Assembly (NCBI GenBank): GCA_016182915.1
Contig: JACPFP010000003.1
Location: 251,685 to 315,684, forward strand
Reading direction: 5' to 3'
Length of the DNA: 64,000 nt
Origin: Candidatus Dojkabacteria bacterium
GTDB taxonomy: Bacteria > Patescibacteriota > Dojkabacteria > SC72
Shown piece after piece: positions 10,065 through 19,860 of the stretch. The notes below the pieces were generated by a model. It made no database searches. It worked only from the letters and a program-made list of their open reading frames with translations, and was not told the DNA's origin. Position numbers and translations under genes: made by a program. Positions within the stretch are counted from its first letter, which is position 1; each line of letters opens with the position of its first letter.

Positions 10065-11885
10065 TTACTTCATCCCTATATTCAATCTTATAACAGCTTT
10101 CATATAGAAACCGAAGGCAGGAATATAGAAAAGGAGGAGAATGAGGTTAAACAAGTTAGTACTTCTTTCAAAGGTATGTATTGCAACTACCAAACCCAGA
10201 AGTGTTACGAGAAGATTCAAGTACTTAATGAGGTGTATCGCTTTAAGTTTAGCCCTTTCTGACTTAACTTCTTTAGACATCATATCCATTGGATCGATAG
10301 GGATGGAGATATTCATTGGGTTACGCTTAGAAACAATTACCACATTACCTCTATATACCCTTTCATACTTCTCATCGACATCTTTTTTAACAATTATACT
10401 AGGAAATAGGTAACCTTTTCTTGAGACTATAATCCTATATCTACCTGTATCAAAATTACCTGTAAACCTTCCCTTGCCATCTGTAATATCTCTTCTAATT
10501 AAAGAATTATTATGATTATAGATAGAGACAAGAGCAAATCTAATTGGTTTTTTGCTCTCTCCGTCATATACAATTCCACACGGAGCTCCAGGTTTAATTA
10601 AGCCAATGAATTTCCAGATACGAGAGAAGAAGTAGGCTACAGCCATAGGCACAAGAGAAAGTCCTCCAAATAGAACGTAGATTGAAAGTATAACGGAGAG
10701 GAAAAGGAGAATAATACCTATTATAGTTAGATATATAGCCTTTATACTTACAAGATACCCAGTTATTAAGCTATCGAAATCATTAAGGAGAGAATTTGTA
10801 TTTTTAAACACATAGTTTATTACCTCAGTAAAGATGGGAATATCTATATCTGTATACTCTTTTAAGTGTATTTCAAATTCACAGTTTTGTGCCATATTCC
10901 CAGCCTGGTCTGAGGCCTCTACGCAGAAAACATACCTATCCCTGAAGTTCTGAAACAACCCTTTTTCAAGTTCGTCGAGAGATATAAGGGCAGTATAACT
11001 GCTACCTGTGGATTGTAGCGTTCCACACTCTTCCAGACCTCCAGTATTTTGACAATATAGACTTACAGACTGCAAAGTTAGATTATCAGTAACATTAAAC
11101 TTGAAAACTACTTGGTAACTCCCCCCTACTTTCTCAAGATCAGGAAGCTCAGTAGCAACAATAACTGGTGGTGTTGCATCTTGAACACTGAAAACTGAAT
11201 CAGACCACTCACTATACTCCCCTCCCGTATTGAGAGATCTAACACGATAGAAGTACATTTGAGAATTAGTGAGATTAGTAAAGGTGTATGATAATCCATC
11301 AAGTAGTGGCGAGGTTTGAACAACAGTACTGAAATCAGATTTATTTGAAACTTGCACCTGATACTCGTATACGGTATCAAGACCGTCTACTTCGAGCCAT
11401 TCTACAAGATTGCTTGATCCCTTTGTGTAGTATGGTTCAGGCTTGAATACTGGGGAAGGGATTGGAAATACGTATACATCAGCACTTACCTGGATAAGGA
11501 TATCTTCATCGTAGGTTGTATCCTTTGCTTTAACAGTGTAGACGCCAGGTGAGAAGTACCTAACCTTCCCGACTGCATATCCATCACTATCTGTCACAGG
11601 GGGTTGAACAAATTCAACCTCTTCAGAGGTATCTGAATATATGGAAACTGAATGTCCGGAGAGTGGGTTACTATTTCTATCCGTTATCCTAACCCTTACG
11701 TTCCTCCAAAGTCCAACCTCAGTATTCTCATTATCTATCTCTACCGTAGAATATGGATCTATATCTATAAATCCAGAAACCTGAGTCACAAACTCCTCAG
11801 CAGAGACATTATTCTTTAATGAAAAGAAACCAAGAAAAAGGCAAAGGAGAGTAAATATAATTTTATAGGCAGTTATCTTCTTCAC
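10065..11885 (-). CDS. Membrane-anchored surface protein with Ig-like, FN3 and carboxypeptidase-regulatory-like domains
   Basis: Signal peptide (VSA-EE); Big_1-like TDSDGYA; FN3 YFYRVRS...SEWS; TM segments; GIVYD..SKKPI...TDGKGRF domain; C-terminal TM hairpin. Confidence 0.75.
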   Translation of the reverse strand: MKKITAYKIIFTLLCLFLGFFSLKNNVSAEEFVTQVSGFIDIDPYSTVEIDNENTEVGLWRNVRVRITDRNSNPLSGHSVSIYSDTSEEVEFVQPPVTDSDGYAVGKVRYFSPGVYTVKAKDTTYDEDILIQVSADVYVFPIPSPVFKPEPYYTKGSSNLVEWLEVDGLDTVYEYQVQVSNKSDFSTVVQTSPLLDGLSYTFTNLTNSQMYFYRVRSLNTGGEYSEWSDSVFSVQDATPPVIVATELPDLEKVGGSYQVVFKFNVTDNLTLQSVSLYCQNTGGLEECGTLQSTGSSYTALISLDELEKGLFQNFRDRYVFCVEASDQAGNMAQNCEFEIHLKEYTDIDIPIFTEVINYVFKNTNSLLNDFDSLITGYLVSIKAIYLTIIGIILLFLSVILSIYVLFGGLSLVPMAVAYFFSRIWKFIGLIKPGAPCGIVYDGESKKPIRFALVSIYNHNNSLIRRDITDGKGRFTGNFDTGRYRIIVSRKGYLFPSIIVKKDVDEKYERVYRGNVVIVSKRNPMNISIPIDPMDMMSKEVKSERAKLKAIHLIKYLNLLVTLLGLVVAIHTFERSTNLFNLILLLFYIPAFGFYMKAVIRLNIGMK

Positions 11886-12517
11886 TATGTCATCTCCAAA
11901 AGTAGGTTATCTATGTACTTATCAAGTGCAATTGTAAATTTAGTATTTGAGTAAAGCTCTCCATTAACGGCAATAACGTCATTAGTAGACCACTTTTTAC
12001 TACTATAACAATTTTCACATAGCAATACAAAAATAGAGAGCTGGAGATGGTTGAGTCCATCAGGCGCCCCACATATTCCACAGCTATGCATGCTATTTAT
12101 GAGCCCCTCTTCAATTAGGAAGAGTAGTCTAAACCTATTTGTAAGATCAGTTGTCAGATCTGACTTAATGGCTTTTACAAGGGCTTCATATATTTTCACA
12201 TACGCTTGTTCGTCAGGGATTAACCTACTTATTAATCTAAGAACTCTCGTACTATTTTTAACTTCAATCGTTGTGAAATCTGGAATATGCACAGATTTAG
12301 ATTCCAGAAGCAATGCCAATCCTTGCGCCTTGTAAAAGGAGATATCCGCAATAGAGAGGGTCTGCATATTCCCCCTATTCTTACTACTCAACCTCCTCAT
12401 TCCCTTTGCTAGTATTGAAAATTTACCGAATTCACGACCAAAAACCGTGAGTATTTTATCTGCTTCAGAGTAATTATTTGATTTTAGGATTACAATTTGA
12501 TCCCTATGTGTTCTCAT
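11885..12517 (-). CDS. recO: DNA repair protein RecO
   Basis: YSEADKILTVF....GK..I.AKG.R...SK OB-fold motif and C-terminal CxxC...CxxC. Confidence 0.93.
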   Translation of the reverse strand: MRTHRDQIVILKSNNYSEADKILTVFGREFGKFSILAKGMRRLSSKNRGNMQTLSIADISFYKAQGLALLLESKSVHIPDFTTIEVKNSTRVLRLISRLIPDEQAYVKIYEALVKAIKSDLTTDLTNRFRLLFLIEEGLINSMHSCGICGAPDGLNHLQLSIFVLLCENCYSSKKWSTNDVIAVNGELYSNTKFTIALDKYIDNLLLEMT

Positions 12518-12521
12518 TCAT

Positions 12522-13169
12522 CTATTCTACCGCACCTCTTCGGGTAATCATAACAATTGGAGTTTGAATGATGATTTTTATATCCTCAAGTATATTACGC
12601 CTACGAGCATAATCCGCTTCCATCTTATATCGTGCAGGAATAGTTATTGAGTTTCTACCGGAGACCTGCCATACACCTGTAAGCCCAGGCTTTACAGAGT
12701 ATGCTACGTTAACATCCTTCTCTGTGTCTGGGAACTCCGCAATATATCTATCAAGCTCTTCAGGGTATGGTGCACGTGGACCAACAATACTCATCTCGCC
12801 TTTCAAAACATTAAATAGCTGTGGAAGTTCATCTAGATCTGTCTTCCTTATAATTCTCCCAACCTTCGTTATTCTAGGGTCTTTATCGATATGTAGCTTT
12901 CCAATTTTCTTCCACTCCTTTTCAACCTCTTTTAATTCAGGATGGTTTTCCCAGAAATCTACATGAGCACCTGGAACCATAGATCTAAACTTATACATGT
13001 AGAAAGGCTTCCTTCCTTTCCCAATTCTAGTCCCAATATCGACAAAGACAGGGCCTTTTGTCCCATCAAACTTCACAGCTAAAGCAAAGAGAAGAAGTAT
13101 TGGGGAAAAAACGATAAGGGCAACAATGGCAACCAGAAGATCAAGAGCTCTTTTTAGAAAGGAATACAT
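12522..13169 (-). CDS. Polyprenyl-phosphate sugar phosphotransferase (Bac_transf, priming glycosyltransferase)
   Basis: KRALDL, YKFRSM, DPRIT, R.T.LDELPQL.NVLKGEMSIVGPR, KPGLTG.WQVSGR. Confidence 0.95.
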   Translation of the reverse strand: MYSFLKRALDLLVAIVALIVFSPILLLFALAVKFDGTKGPVFVDIGTRIGKGRKPFYMYKFRSMVPGAHVDFWENHPELKEVEKEWKKIGKLHIDKDPRITKVGRIIRKTDLDELPQLFNVLKGEMSIVGPRAPYPEELDRYIAEFPDTEKDVNVAYSVKPGLTGVWQVSGRNSITIPARYKMEADYARRRNILEDIKIIIQTPIVMITRRGAVE

Positions 13170-14304
13170 CTTTCACATATGCATCAAATTTATATCTGAA
13201 AAGTTCAGAGGAAAACTGTTCCGCCTGCTTTCTACAATTATAGGGGTCGAACTGCTCAATATCAAATTCCTCAACAATCTTTGCAAGCTCTAACGCATTC
13301 CATTCATTGAAAAAAACACCTGTCTTTGGATTACTCTCAGATATAGTTTCCATAGTTCCCCCACTTCGAAGAGCGATAACTGGGACACCAGCAGCATTTC
13401 CTTCTACAGCTACAATTCCGAAATCTTCTTCTTTAACGGGAAAGATTAGTGCCTTGCATTTAGATAGGTGTTCGTATTTCTGTTCGTCTGGAAGAGGGCC
13501 TAGGAATTTTATAAGTCCCTTAGCATTAAGCTCTGTAACAAGGTTTTTCATATCTTCAATCTGAGTACCTGTACCAAGGATTTTTAATGGGACTCTTGCC
13601 TGTGCACACGCTGCAATTGCAAGATTAACCCCTTTATATCTCTCAACCCTCCCGACGTATAGAAACCAATTCTCTCTCTCATCGCTCTTTTTAAAAAAGG
13701 GTATACTTGCAACTTCCACAGGGGGATATATAACCTCTGTATCCAAGCCGTAGTACTCTTTAACCCTTTCCTTTACCGTATTTGATATTGAGATAACATA
13801 ATCGGCTTTCCTTGCAGCTTTTCTATCCCAATACTGCCATATCTTTTCAAGAACAGTATCCATGAAAAAGGCGTAGAAACGGTATGAGAATTTGGAGTCA
13901 TCTTTATGCGCCCTTCCCTCCTTCATCCAAAAGAATTTAGGGGGAGTTAAACAGTACAGGATGTGCTTAGTTTTTCGTCTCCATGGTCTTACATATTTAG
14001 CAAAACCTGATGAGACGGAAATTACAATATCAAAGCTAAGAAATGGAAATAGTCTGTATGCCCACGGATACAAGAGATATAACTCTTTTCTAAGGTACTT
14101 TTCAAAAGGTAGGTATTGGATAAAAGATTTAATAACTCTATTCTTTGGGAAGTTCTCTTTAATGAACTTAGGATCTGCAATTGAGGTATACAGCGTAGCA
14201 TCTGGATATAACTTTATAAGCTGGTGTACAACCTTTTCTGCACCACCTGATGTAAGGAGAGCATCTGATACAATTGCTACTCTAGGGTTTTCACGCTTTC
14301 TCAT
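13141..14304 (-). CDS. Glycosyltransferase family 4 (WbaZ-like)
   Basis: GGAEKV, VGRVERYKG, EDFGIVAVEGNAAG.PVIA. Confidence 0.93.
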   Translation of the reverse strand: MRKRENPRVAIVSDALLTSGGAEKVVHQLIKLYPDATLYTSIADPKFIKENFPKNRVIKSFIQYLPFEKYLRKELYLLYPWAYRLFPFLSFDIVISVSSGFAKYVRPWRRKTKHILYCLTPPKFFWMKEGRAHKDDSKFSYRFYAFFMDTVLEKIWQYWDRKAARKADYVISISNTVKERVKEYYGLDTEVIYPPVEVASIPFFKKSDERENWFLYVGRVERYKGVNLAIAACAQARVPLKILGTGTQIEDMKNLVTELNAKGLIKFLGPLPDEQKYEHLSKCKALIFPVKEEDFGIVAVEGNAAGVPVIALRSGGTMETISESNPKTGVFFNEWNALELAKIVEEFDIEQFDPYNCRKQAEQFSSELFRYKFDAYVKDVFLSKKSS

Positions 14305-15430
14305 AAATTCCTTTAATGTAATCTGTTATTTCTGATATAAAAATATCTTCTGTAAACTTTCGTGCTCTAATTATACACCATTCTGGTTTAATCTTGCTCC
14401 ATAGTTGTTTCTTTAGTAATTTTACAAGTTCATCGTATGTAGAGAAGAAGAAACCTGTCTTCCCTTCTACAACGGTTTCATTTAATCCTCCGACATTAAA
14501 TGCGAAAACAGGACTTCCTGAAGCCATCGCCTCAACGGGAATCAAACCAAAGTCTTCAATACCGCAAAAAAGGAGTACAGAGGAAAGTTTATGAATTGTA
14601 TGAGACTCCTGGTCATCAATATCATCAAGGAATATTACCTGTATACCCTTCTTATTGTTTTTTCTCACTATCTTTTTAAGATATGAGAGGTCAGGACCAC
14701 GACCAACAACAACAAGGTTCTGGCCTGCTTCAATGGATGCTCTTATTGCCCAATCCACATGTTTATAGTCAAAGAGCCTTGAGACAACAAGATTAAACTC
14801 ATCAGGAAGGTTATACTTTTCCTTAACCCTTTTCTGTTCCGCTTCCGAAATCTCTTTAAACCAGAATGCTTTTATTCCTGGGTATATAACCTTTGAGTTT
14901 CTTCTGTATCTTTTAAAAACTTTTCTTCGAATAAAGTTTGAAATGGATATAATATGATCCACTCTCTTTACTGCGGTCACATCCCAAATACGTATATAGC
15001 TCGATATAATTTTAGATCCAAGATAGTATATATTTCTAAGTATAGAGCCGCGTACATTAATATCATTGTCCCACTGATGACGTGGGGGGGTACATATGAT
15101 TGAGATATGTTTCTGGCTAGGGTATGTAATTACACCTTTTGAGGCTCCTGCGGAAACGGAAATAACTAGATCAAATCCTCTTAGATCAAACTGTTCGAAA
15201 AGGAAAGGGAGTAATACTGTAATCCTTCTTCCAATGCCCCATTTAAGAATACTACCAAAAAACTTAGGTACATGAACTTTGTTTTGCAAATTAGGATAGT
15301 TCGCTTTACTAAACGTAGAGGTATAAATCTCCGCTTGGGGAAAGATTAGAAGCAGGGATTCAATAACTCTATCAGATCCTCCAATGCTGTTAATAAATTC
15401 AGTTACAATAGCAACTTTTAGCTCTTTCAT
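14291..15430 (-). CDS. Glycosyltransferase family 4 (WbaZ-like)
   Basis: GGSDRV, VSRLFDYK, EDFGLIPVEAMASG. The likely start is ATG 15430 (MKELKVAIV), 7 nt after TGtTAAACT. Confidence 0.93.
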   Translation of the reverse strand: MKELKVAIVTEFINSIGGSDRVIESLLLIFPQAEIYTSTFSKANYPNLQNKVHVPKFFGSILKWGIGRRITVLLPFLFEQFDLRGFDLVISVSAGASKGVITYPSQKHISIICTPPRHQWDNDINVRGSILRNIYYLGSKIISSYIRIWDVTAVKRVDHIISISNFIRRKVFKRYRRNSKVIYPGIKAFWFKEISEAEQKRVKEKYNLPDEFNLVVSRLFDYKHVDWAIRASIEAGQNLVVVGRGPDLSYLKKIVRKNNKKGIQVIFLDDIDDQESHTIHKLSSVLLFCGIEDFGLIPVEAMASGSPVFAFNVGGLNETVVEGKTGFFFSTYDELVKLLKKQLWSKIKPEWCIIRARKFTEDIFISEITDYIKGIYEKA

Positions 15431-16287
15431 TGCAAGAAGTTTAACAAGACAGCAGATATAGCACAAGAGAGAGGAAAAACTTAGAGTTCAACTACATTAG
15501 CTCTCTTTCTGAAAAGGAAGAATGAGACCCCAGCAACTAATAGAATAGCAACAAGAACAAGAACTACGGTATTAATATTTAGTCCTTGGTCTGTATCCTC
15601 TTTAATCCTAATGACTATCCCCTTCTCCTGACTATCCTCGGCTATGACAATCTCCTGTTTTACAACCTTAGCACCGAGTACAAACTCTATGGTATACGTA
15701 CCAGGATCTAAATTCTCTACATAGATATATCCATTGCTATCTGTCGTATATACAACATTATCTATTTTAACCTGGGAATTTCTCAATGGAGTTCCGCCTG
15801 GGGATAGAATCTGCAATCTAGTTATATCAGGAGCAGTAGTATCAGGCTCAGAATCTTCGCCTTCTTCACCATCCTCCTCAACAGGAGGGGTTTCTCCATC
15901 ATCATCCGTATCTCCACCTGAGCCATCTTGATCATCTATCTCATCACCAAAAAGGTCATCAGGGAAAAATTCTTCACCTATAATCAAAGTTAAGGTACGT
16001 TCATCAGATTTATTTTCAACAGTGTCGGTAGAGTAGTAGGTTATTGTGTTTTCACCTAAGGTAAGTTCTGGAGTATCTAGCGTAATAGTGAAGTTACCAT
16101 TTGAATCTGCGTAGACAATATAACTTGTGCTTCCTTCTTTAAATACAACTTTTGAACCTGCTTCCGCCCTACCACTTATTTTAGGTGTTGTAGATGTGAA
16201 ATAGTATAGAAGATTATCAAGGTCTGGAATCGTAGTAATCAATCCTATACTTGTTATAACAACATGATCTGGTGCAGAATTATCAAG
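15428..16287. repeat. Diverged direct repeat, copy 1: GT4 promoter/ATG plus the C-terminal anchor module of the surface protein
   Basis: Aligns by eye with 19861-20743 at both DNA and protein level (VVITSIG...NKSDERTLTLIIGEEFFP...VYTTDSNGYIYVENLDPGTY...TM). Confidence 0.9.
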
Positions 16288-19200
16288 AGTTATACTGTCT
16301 GAAAACGTACCGGATATATTACCCGCCCAATCCTTAAATTTAACATAGACAGTTTTCAAACCATCACCAGAAGGGAGTGTTATATTCTTTGATGTACTAT
16401 AATCCTCCCACTGAGCACCCACAAAACTCGAGCTTGTAGAAACCATCATCTCAGATACACCTGGGTTTGCATCAGTCGCATTGATTGTTAGAGATGCACT
16501 TCTTGAGGAGGTATTGGTTGCTCCTCCATTTATAACAACAGAGCCGACAGGAGCAGTTGTATCAAAACTAATCCTTACAAAGTTGGAGGCATTAGTTCCA
16601 TTTATTGTAGAGAAGCTTCCTGCAATATAAAGATCTGAGCCTGAACGCAACATATCCTGAATTGTTCCTAGGATAGAGATATCTCCATCCACATCTTCAA
16701 CATCAGTAGTTTGATCTATTCTAGAGAAAGTTTGGATACCACCAAGTAGGATATCAGAGCCATCTGGCAGTAGATCAAATACAGAGGAGACTGTTGTGGG
16801 GTTAAAATCGGCATCAGGATAGTTTGTAGACAAAGGCACCTTCGAAGCGAATGAGTCACTCTCTCCGTTTACCATTGAAGTATAGGCACCTCCTACGTAT
16901 AGGTCAGAACTACTTTTAGCAATTGATCTTACACTGGACTGGGCACTAGGATTGAAGCTCAAATCTGCTGTACCTGACGTGGTTGAAAGTTTTGCAATTC
17001 TGGAACGAGATTGGCCACCAATAGTGGTGAATTCGCCACCAACATACAAAGAAGATCCTGAAATGGCAAGAGTGTTTACCGTATTATTAGAGTTTGGACT
17101 AAATGTTCCATCAACTGCTCCTGTTGAAGCATTTAACTTAGCAAGCCTACCACTCGCAACACCATTAATCACACCAAAGGCACCGCCAACATATATATCA
17201 GAGCCAGAAACCTCCAAAGTACGGACAGAGCTTCCACCATCACTAGATCCAGAGATATTAAACGTAGTATCTAACGTTCCGCCTATTGTATCTATTTTCG
17301 CCAGACGCTGCCTTCCAGTCCCTCCAACTGTACTAAAGTATCCTCCAATATATAAGTCCGAACCGACCAATTGCATAGCGTATACCCAATGACTGACAGA
17401 AATAGTGAATGTAGCATCGCCAACTCCTGTATTTGCATTTAATCTTGCAAGATACGGTTTCGCCAAACCTCCAATTGATGTGAAATCCCCTCCCACATAT
17501 AAGTCAGAGCCTGAAATTGCAAATGACCTTACATAATTATTGGACGTTGCATTAAATCCTGTATCAGCCACTCCAGTTGTTCCATCTAGTTTTGCAATAT
17601 AGTTCAATGCTTCCCCTCCAATATTTGTAAATGCCCCACCTACATAGAGGGAAGAACCAGAAAGAACCATCGAAAGCACAGTACCATTGGAATCAGGATT
17701 AAAGTTACTATCTACAGACTTATCGGAGTTGATGTGAGCAATTCTGTTTCTGGCAACCCCACCTACCGAGGTAAAACTTCCTCCGATATACCATCCCCCG
17801 TTTCCATCGCTTATAACCTTCTCAATAGTTCCATTTGGCCTTGGCCAACCTGATTCAGGCATCAAAGAATCTATCTCATAATCAGCACCATATGCTACAT
17901 TTCTCCCGAGTTGCGAAAAGTGACCGCCTAAATATAAAGTGTCGTCAGTTACGGCAATAGATTCAACCCAATGGTTTGTAATCAGATCAAATCCAGAGTC
18001 ACCAGCTCCGGTCGTTGTATTAACTTTTGCTATAAACCTTTGGCCAGTAAGTCCTCCAATTGACTGAAAGTTTCCTCCGGCATACAAGCTGGAACCAACC
18101 AAATCAATCACGTAGACATCACCACTGGCATCAGGATTAAAGGTTGCATCGAGTACTCCTGTTGCATGGTTAACCTTTGCTAAACGATTTCGGCTCTGTC
18201 CATCGATAGAGGTGAAACTACCTCCAACATAGAGACTAGTTCCATCAGTATCAAAATCAAACACTTGAAAATTAGGGTTCAAAGAAAAGTTTGCGTCAGC
18301 CGCACCTGTAGTGATATTAAGTTTAGCAAGGTTAGTCAAAGTTTCTCCACCTATTGATGTAAAAGACCCTCCTACATATAAGTCACTCCCTATAAGCTCT
18401 AACGCATTTACAACGCCACTAGAATTGAGATTAGGATTAAAAGTTGTATCAAGAACCCCAGTATCAATATCAATTTTTGCAAGGCTTTTTCTTGTCGTTA
18501 CCCCAAGAGAGGTGAAAGCCCCTCCAATAAATAAGTTAGAGCCGTAAGTATCCACGGCTATAACATCATTATTTACCCTTGCGTCGAGGCTAGAATCAAC
18601 CAACCCCGTTAAAGGGTTAACTTTAATAAACGAGCCTACAAATTCGGTGTCAGAGTAATCGAAATATCCACCCAAATAGATATTATTTCCACTAATAAAA
18701 ACTTTTAATACCACATCGTCAAGAAGTGCGTTGAAATTGGGGTCTGCAACTCCAGTAGTAGGGTCAAGTTTAGCAACCGAAACAAGGTCTAAACCTCCTA
18801 TATAAGAAAACCATCCACCCACATATAAAGATCCATCAAGTAAGGCAAATGATTCAACGACAGAATCTGGGCCAGGGTTAAAAGTCAAATCAACTACCCC
18901 TGTGGTAGCATCTAATTTAGCTGCATAATTAAGCGCTTCACCACCAATTGTATCGAACGAACCGCCTACATATAAATCTGATCCTGACAGCAAAATAGTA
19001 ACAACTTCATCGTTTGGCTCAGGTGTAAAACTCATATCTACAACTCCAGTAGTAGAATTCAGTTTTGCCAAGGCAGTAACATTTTCCCCTCCTATGCTGA
19101 AAAAACCTCCTCCAACATATAGTGTGGAACCACTAAGAACCATGGTTCTGATAGCATCATCAGGGTTGGGTGCAAAGCTAGTGTCTACGACTCCCGTAGT

Positions 19201-19749
19201 AGAATTCAATTTAGCAAGCCCAGTAATTGACTCTCCACCAATCGTTGCAAAATATCCGCCAACATAAAGATTGCTTCCAGATAAGATTAATGATGTGACT
19301 GTACTATCAGCACCTGGATTAAAATTCGGGTCAACCGTACCATCTGATAATATATGCGCAAGACTCACTCGGGCTACCTCTCCCACTTCTGTAAAGTCTC
19401 CACCAATATACCAACCCCCGCTACCATCGCTAACTGCAGAGTAGACTACAGAGTTTGGAGTTGGCCAGTCAGGGCTTGGTTCCCCTGTAGAACTGTTTAT
19501 TTGGACACCATAAGGAATATGCGGCCCAACAGAATTAAAACTTCCACCAATATAAATATAATCATCATCTTTTACGACTGCATTAGTCTGTCCATCGACA
19601 ACCCACATATTTTCAACAACTGTTCCGGCTGAAACAGGTTGCGAGAAAATAAAAAAAAGAAAGAAAAAGGACACAACCTTTACTAAGGGATTTAATCCAT
19701 GCATAATCCTCATCGTAATCTTATCATGGATTGTACAGGGCTGAGACAC
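15481..19749 (-). CDS. Giant surface protein: 21 beta-propeller-type repeats (delta-60/Rax2-like), Ig-like domains, acidic linker and C-terminal TM
   Basis: Signal peptide (VSA-G; true start probably near 19703); ~49-aa LYVGG.F..IGG....LAKL..TTG..D..F.P repeats; C-terminal TM followed by RKR. Confidence 0.85.
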   Translation of the reverse strand: MSQPCTIHDKITMRIMHGLNPLVKVVSFFFLFFIFSQPVSAGTVVENMWVVDGQTNAVVKDDDYIYIGGSFNSVGPHIPYGVQINSSTGEPSPDWPTPNSVVYSAVSDGSGGWYIGGDFTEVGEVARVSLAHILSDGTVDPNFNPGADSTVTSLILSGSNLYVGGYFATIGGESITGLAKLNSTTGVVDTSFAPNPDDAIRTMVLSGSTLYVGGGFFSIGGENVTALAKLNSTTGVVDMSFTPEPNDEVVTILLSGSDLYVGGSFDTIGGEALNYAAKLDATTGVVDLTFNPGPDSVVESFALLDGSLYVGGWFSYIGGLDLVSVAKLDPTTGVADPNFNALLDDVVLKVFISGNNIYLGGYFDYSDTEFVGSFIKVNPLTGLVDSSLDARVNNDVIAVDTYGSNLFIGGAFTSLGVTTRKSLAKIDIDTGVLDTTFNPNLNSSGVVNALELIGSDLYVGGSFTSIGGETLTNLAKLNITTGAADANFSLNPNFQVFDFDTDGTSLYVGGSFTSIDGQSRNRLAKVNHATGVLDATFNPDASGDVYVIDLVGSSLYAGGNFQSIGGLTGQRFIAKVNTTTGAGDSGFDLITNHWVESIAVTDDTLYLGGHFSQLGRNVAYGADYEIDSLMPESGWPRPNGTIEKVISDGNGGWYIGGSFTSVGGVARNRIAHINSDKSVDSNFNPDSNGTVLSMVLSGSSLYVGGAFTNIGGEALNYIAKLDGTTGVADTGFNATSNNYVRSFAISGSDLYVGGDFTSIGGLAKPYLARLNANTGVGDATFTISVSHWVYAMQLVGSDLYIGGYFSTVGGTGRQRLAKIDTIGGTLDTTFNISGSSDGGSSVRTLEVSGSDIYVGGAFGVINGVASGRLAKLNASTGAVDGTFSPNSNNTVNTLAISGSSLYVGGEFTTIGGQSRSRIAKLSTTSGTADLSFNPSAQSSVRSIAKSSSDLYVGGAYTSMVNGESDSFASKVPLSTNYPDADFNPTTVSSVFDLLPDGSDILLGGIQTFSRIDQTTDVEDVDGDISILGTIQDMLRSGSDLYIAGSFSTINGTNASNFVRISFDTTAPVGSVVINGGATNTSSRSASLTINATDANPGVSEMMVSTSSSFVGAQWEDYSTSKNITLPSGDGLKTVYVKFKDWAGNISGTFSDSITLDNSAPDHVVITSIGLITTIPDLDNLLYYFTSTTPKISGRAEAGSKVVFKEGSTSYIVYADSNGNFTITLDTPELTLGENTITYYSTDTVENKSDERTLTLIIGEEFFPDDLFGDEIDDQDGSGGDTDDDGETPPVEEDGEEGEDSEPDTTAPDITRLQILSPGGTPLRNSQVKIDNVVYTTDSNGYIYVENLDPGTYTIEFVLGAKVVKQEIVIAEDSQEKGIVIRIKEDTDQGLNINTVVLVLVAILLVAGVSFFLFRKRANVVEL

Positions 19750-19819
19750 TATCGTAATTTATGAACTTAAAAAACTATTACATCAATAATAGATTACCTC
19801 ACTTGATATATCAATGCAA

Positions 19820-19859
19820 TATTGGAGATTATTCTAAAGTTCTGGTAAACCGTCTGACC
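19820..19859. repeat. ~40-bp copy of the 3' end and downstream flank of the 24573-25082 gene
   Basis: tattggagattattctaaagttctggtaaaccgtctgacc versus tattggaattattctaaagttctggtaaaccatctggcc at 24560-24598. Confidence 0.9.
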
Positions 19860-19860
19860 A

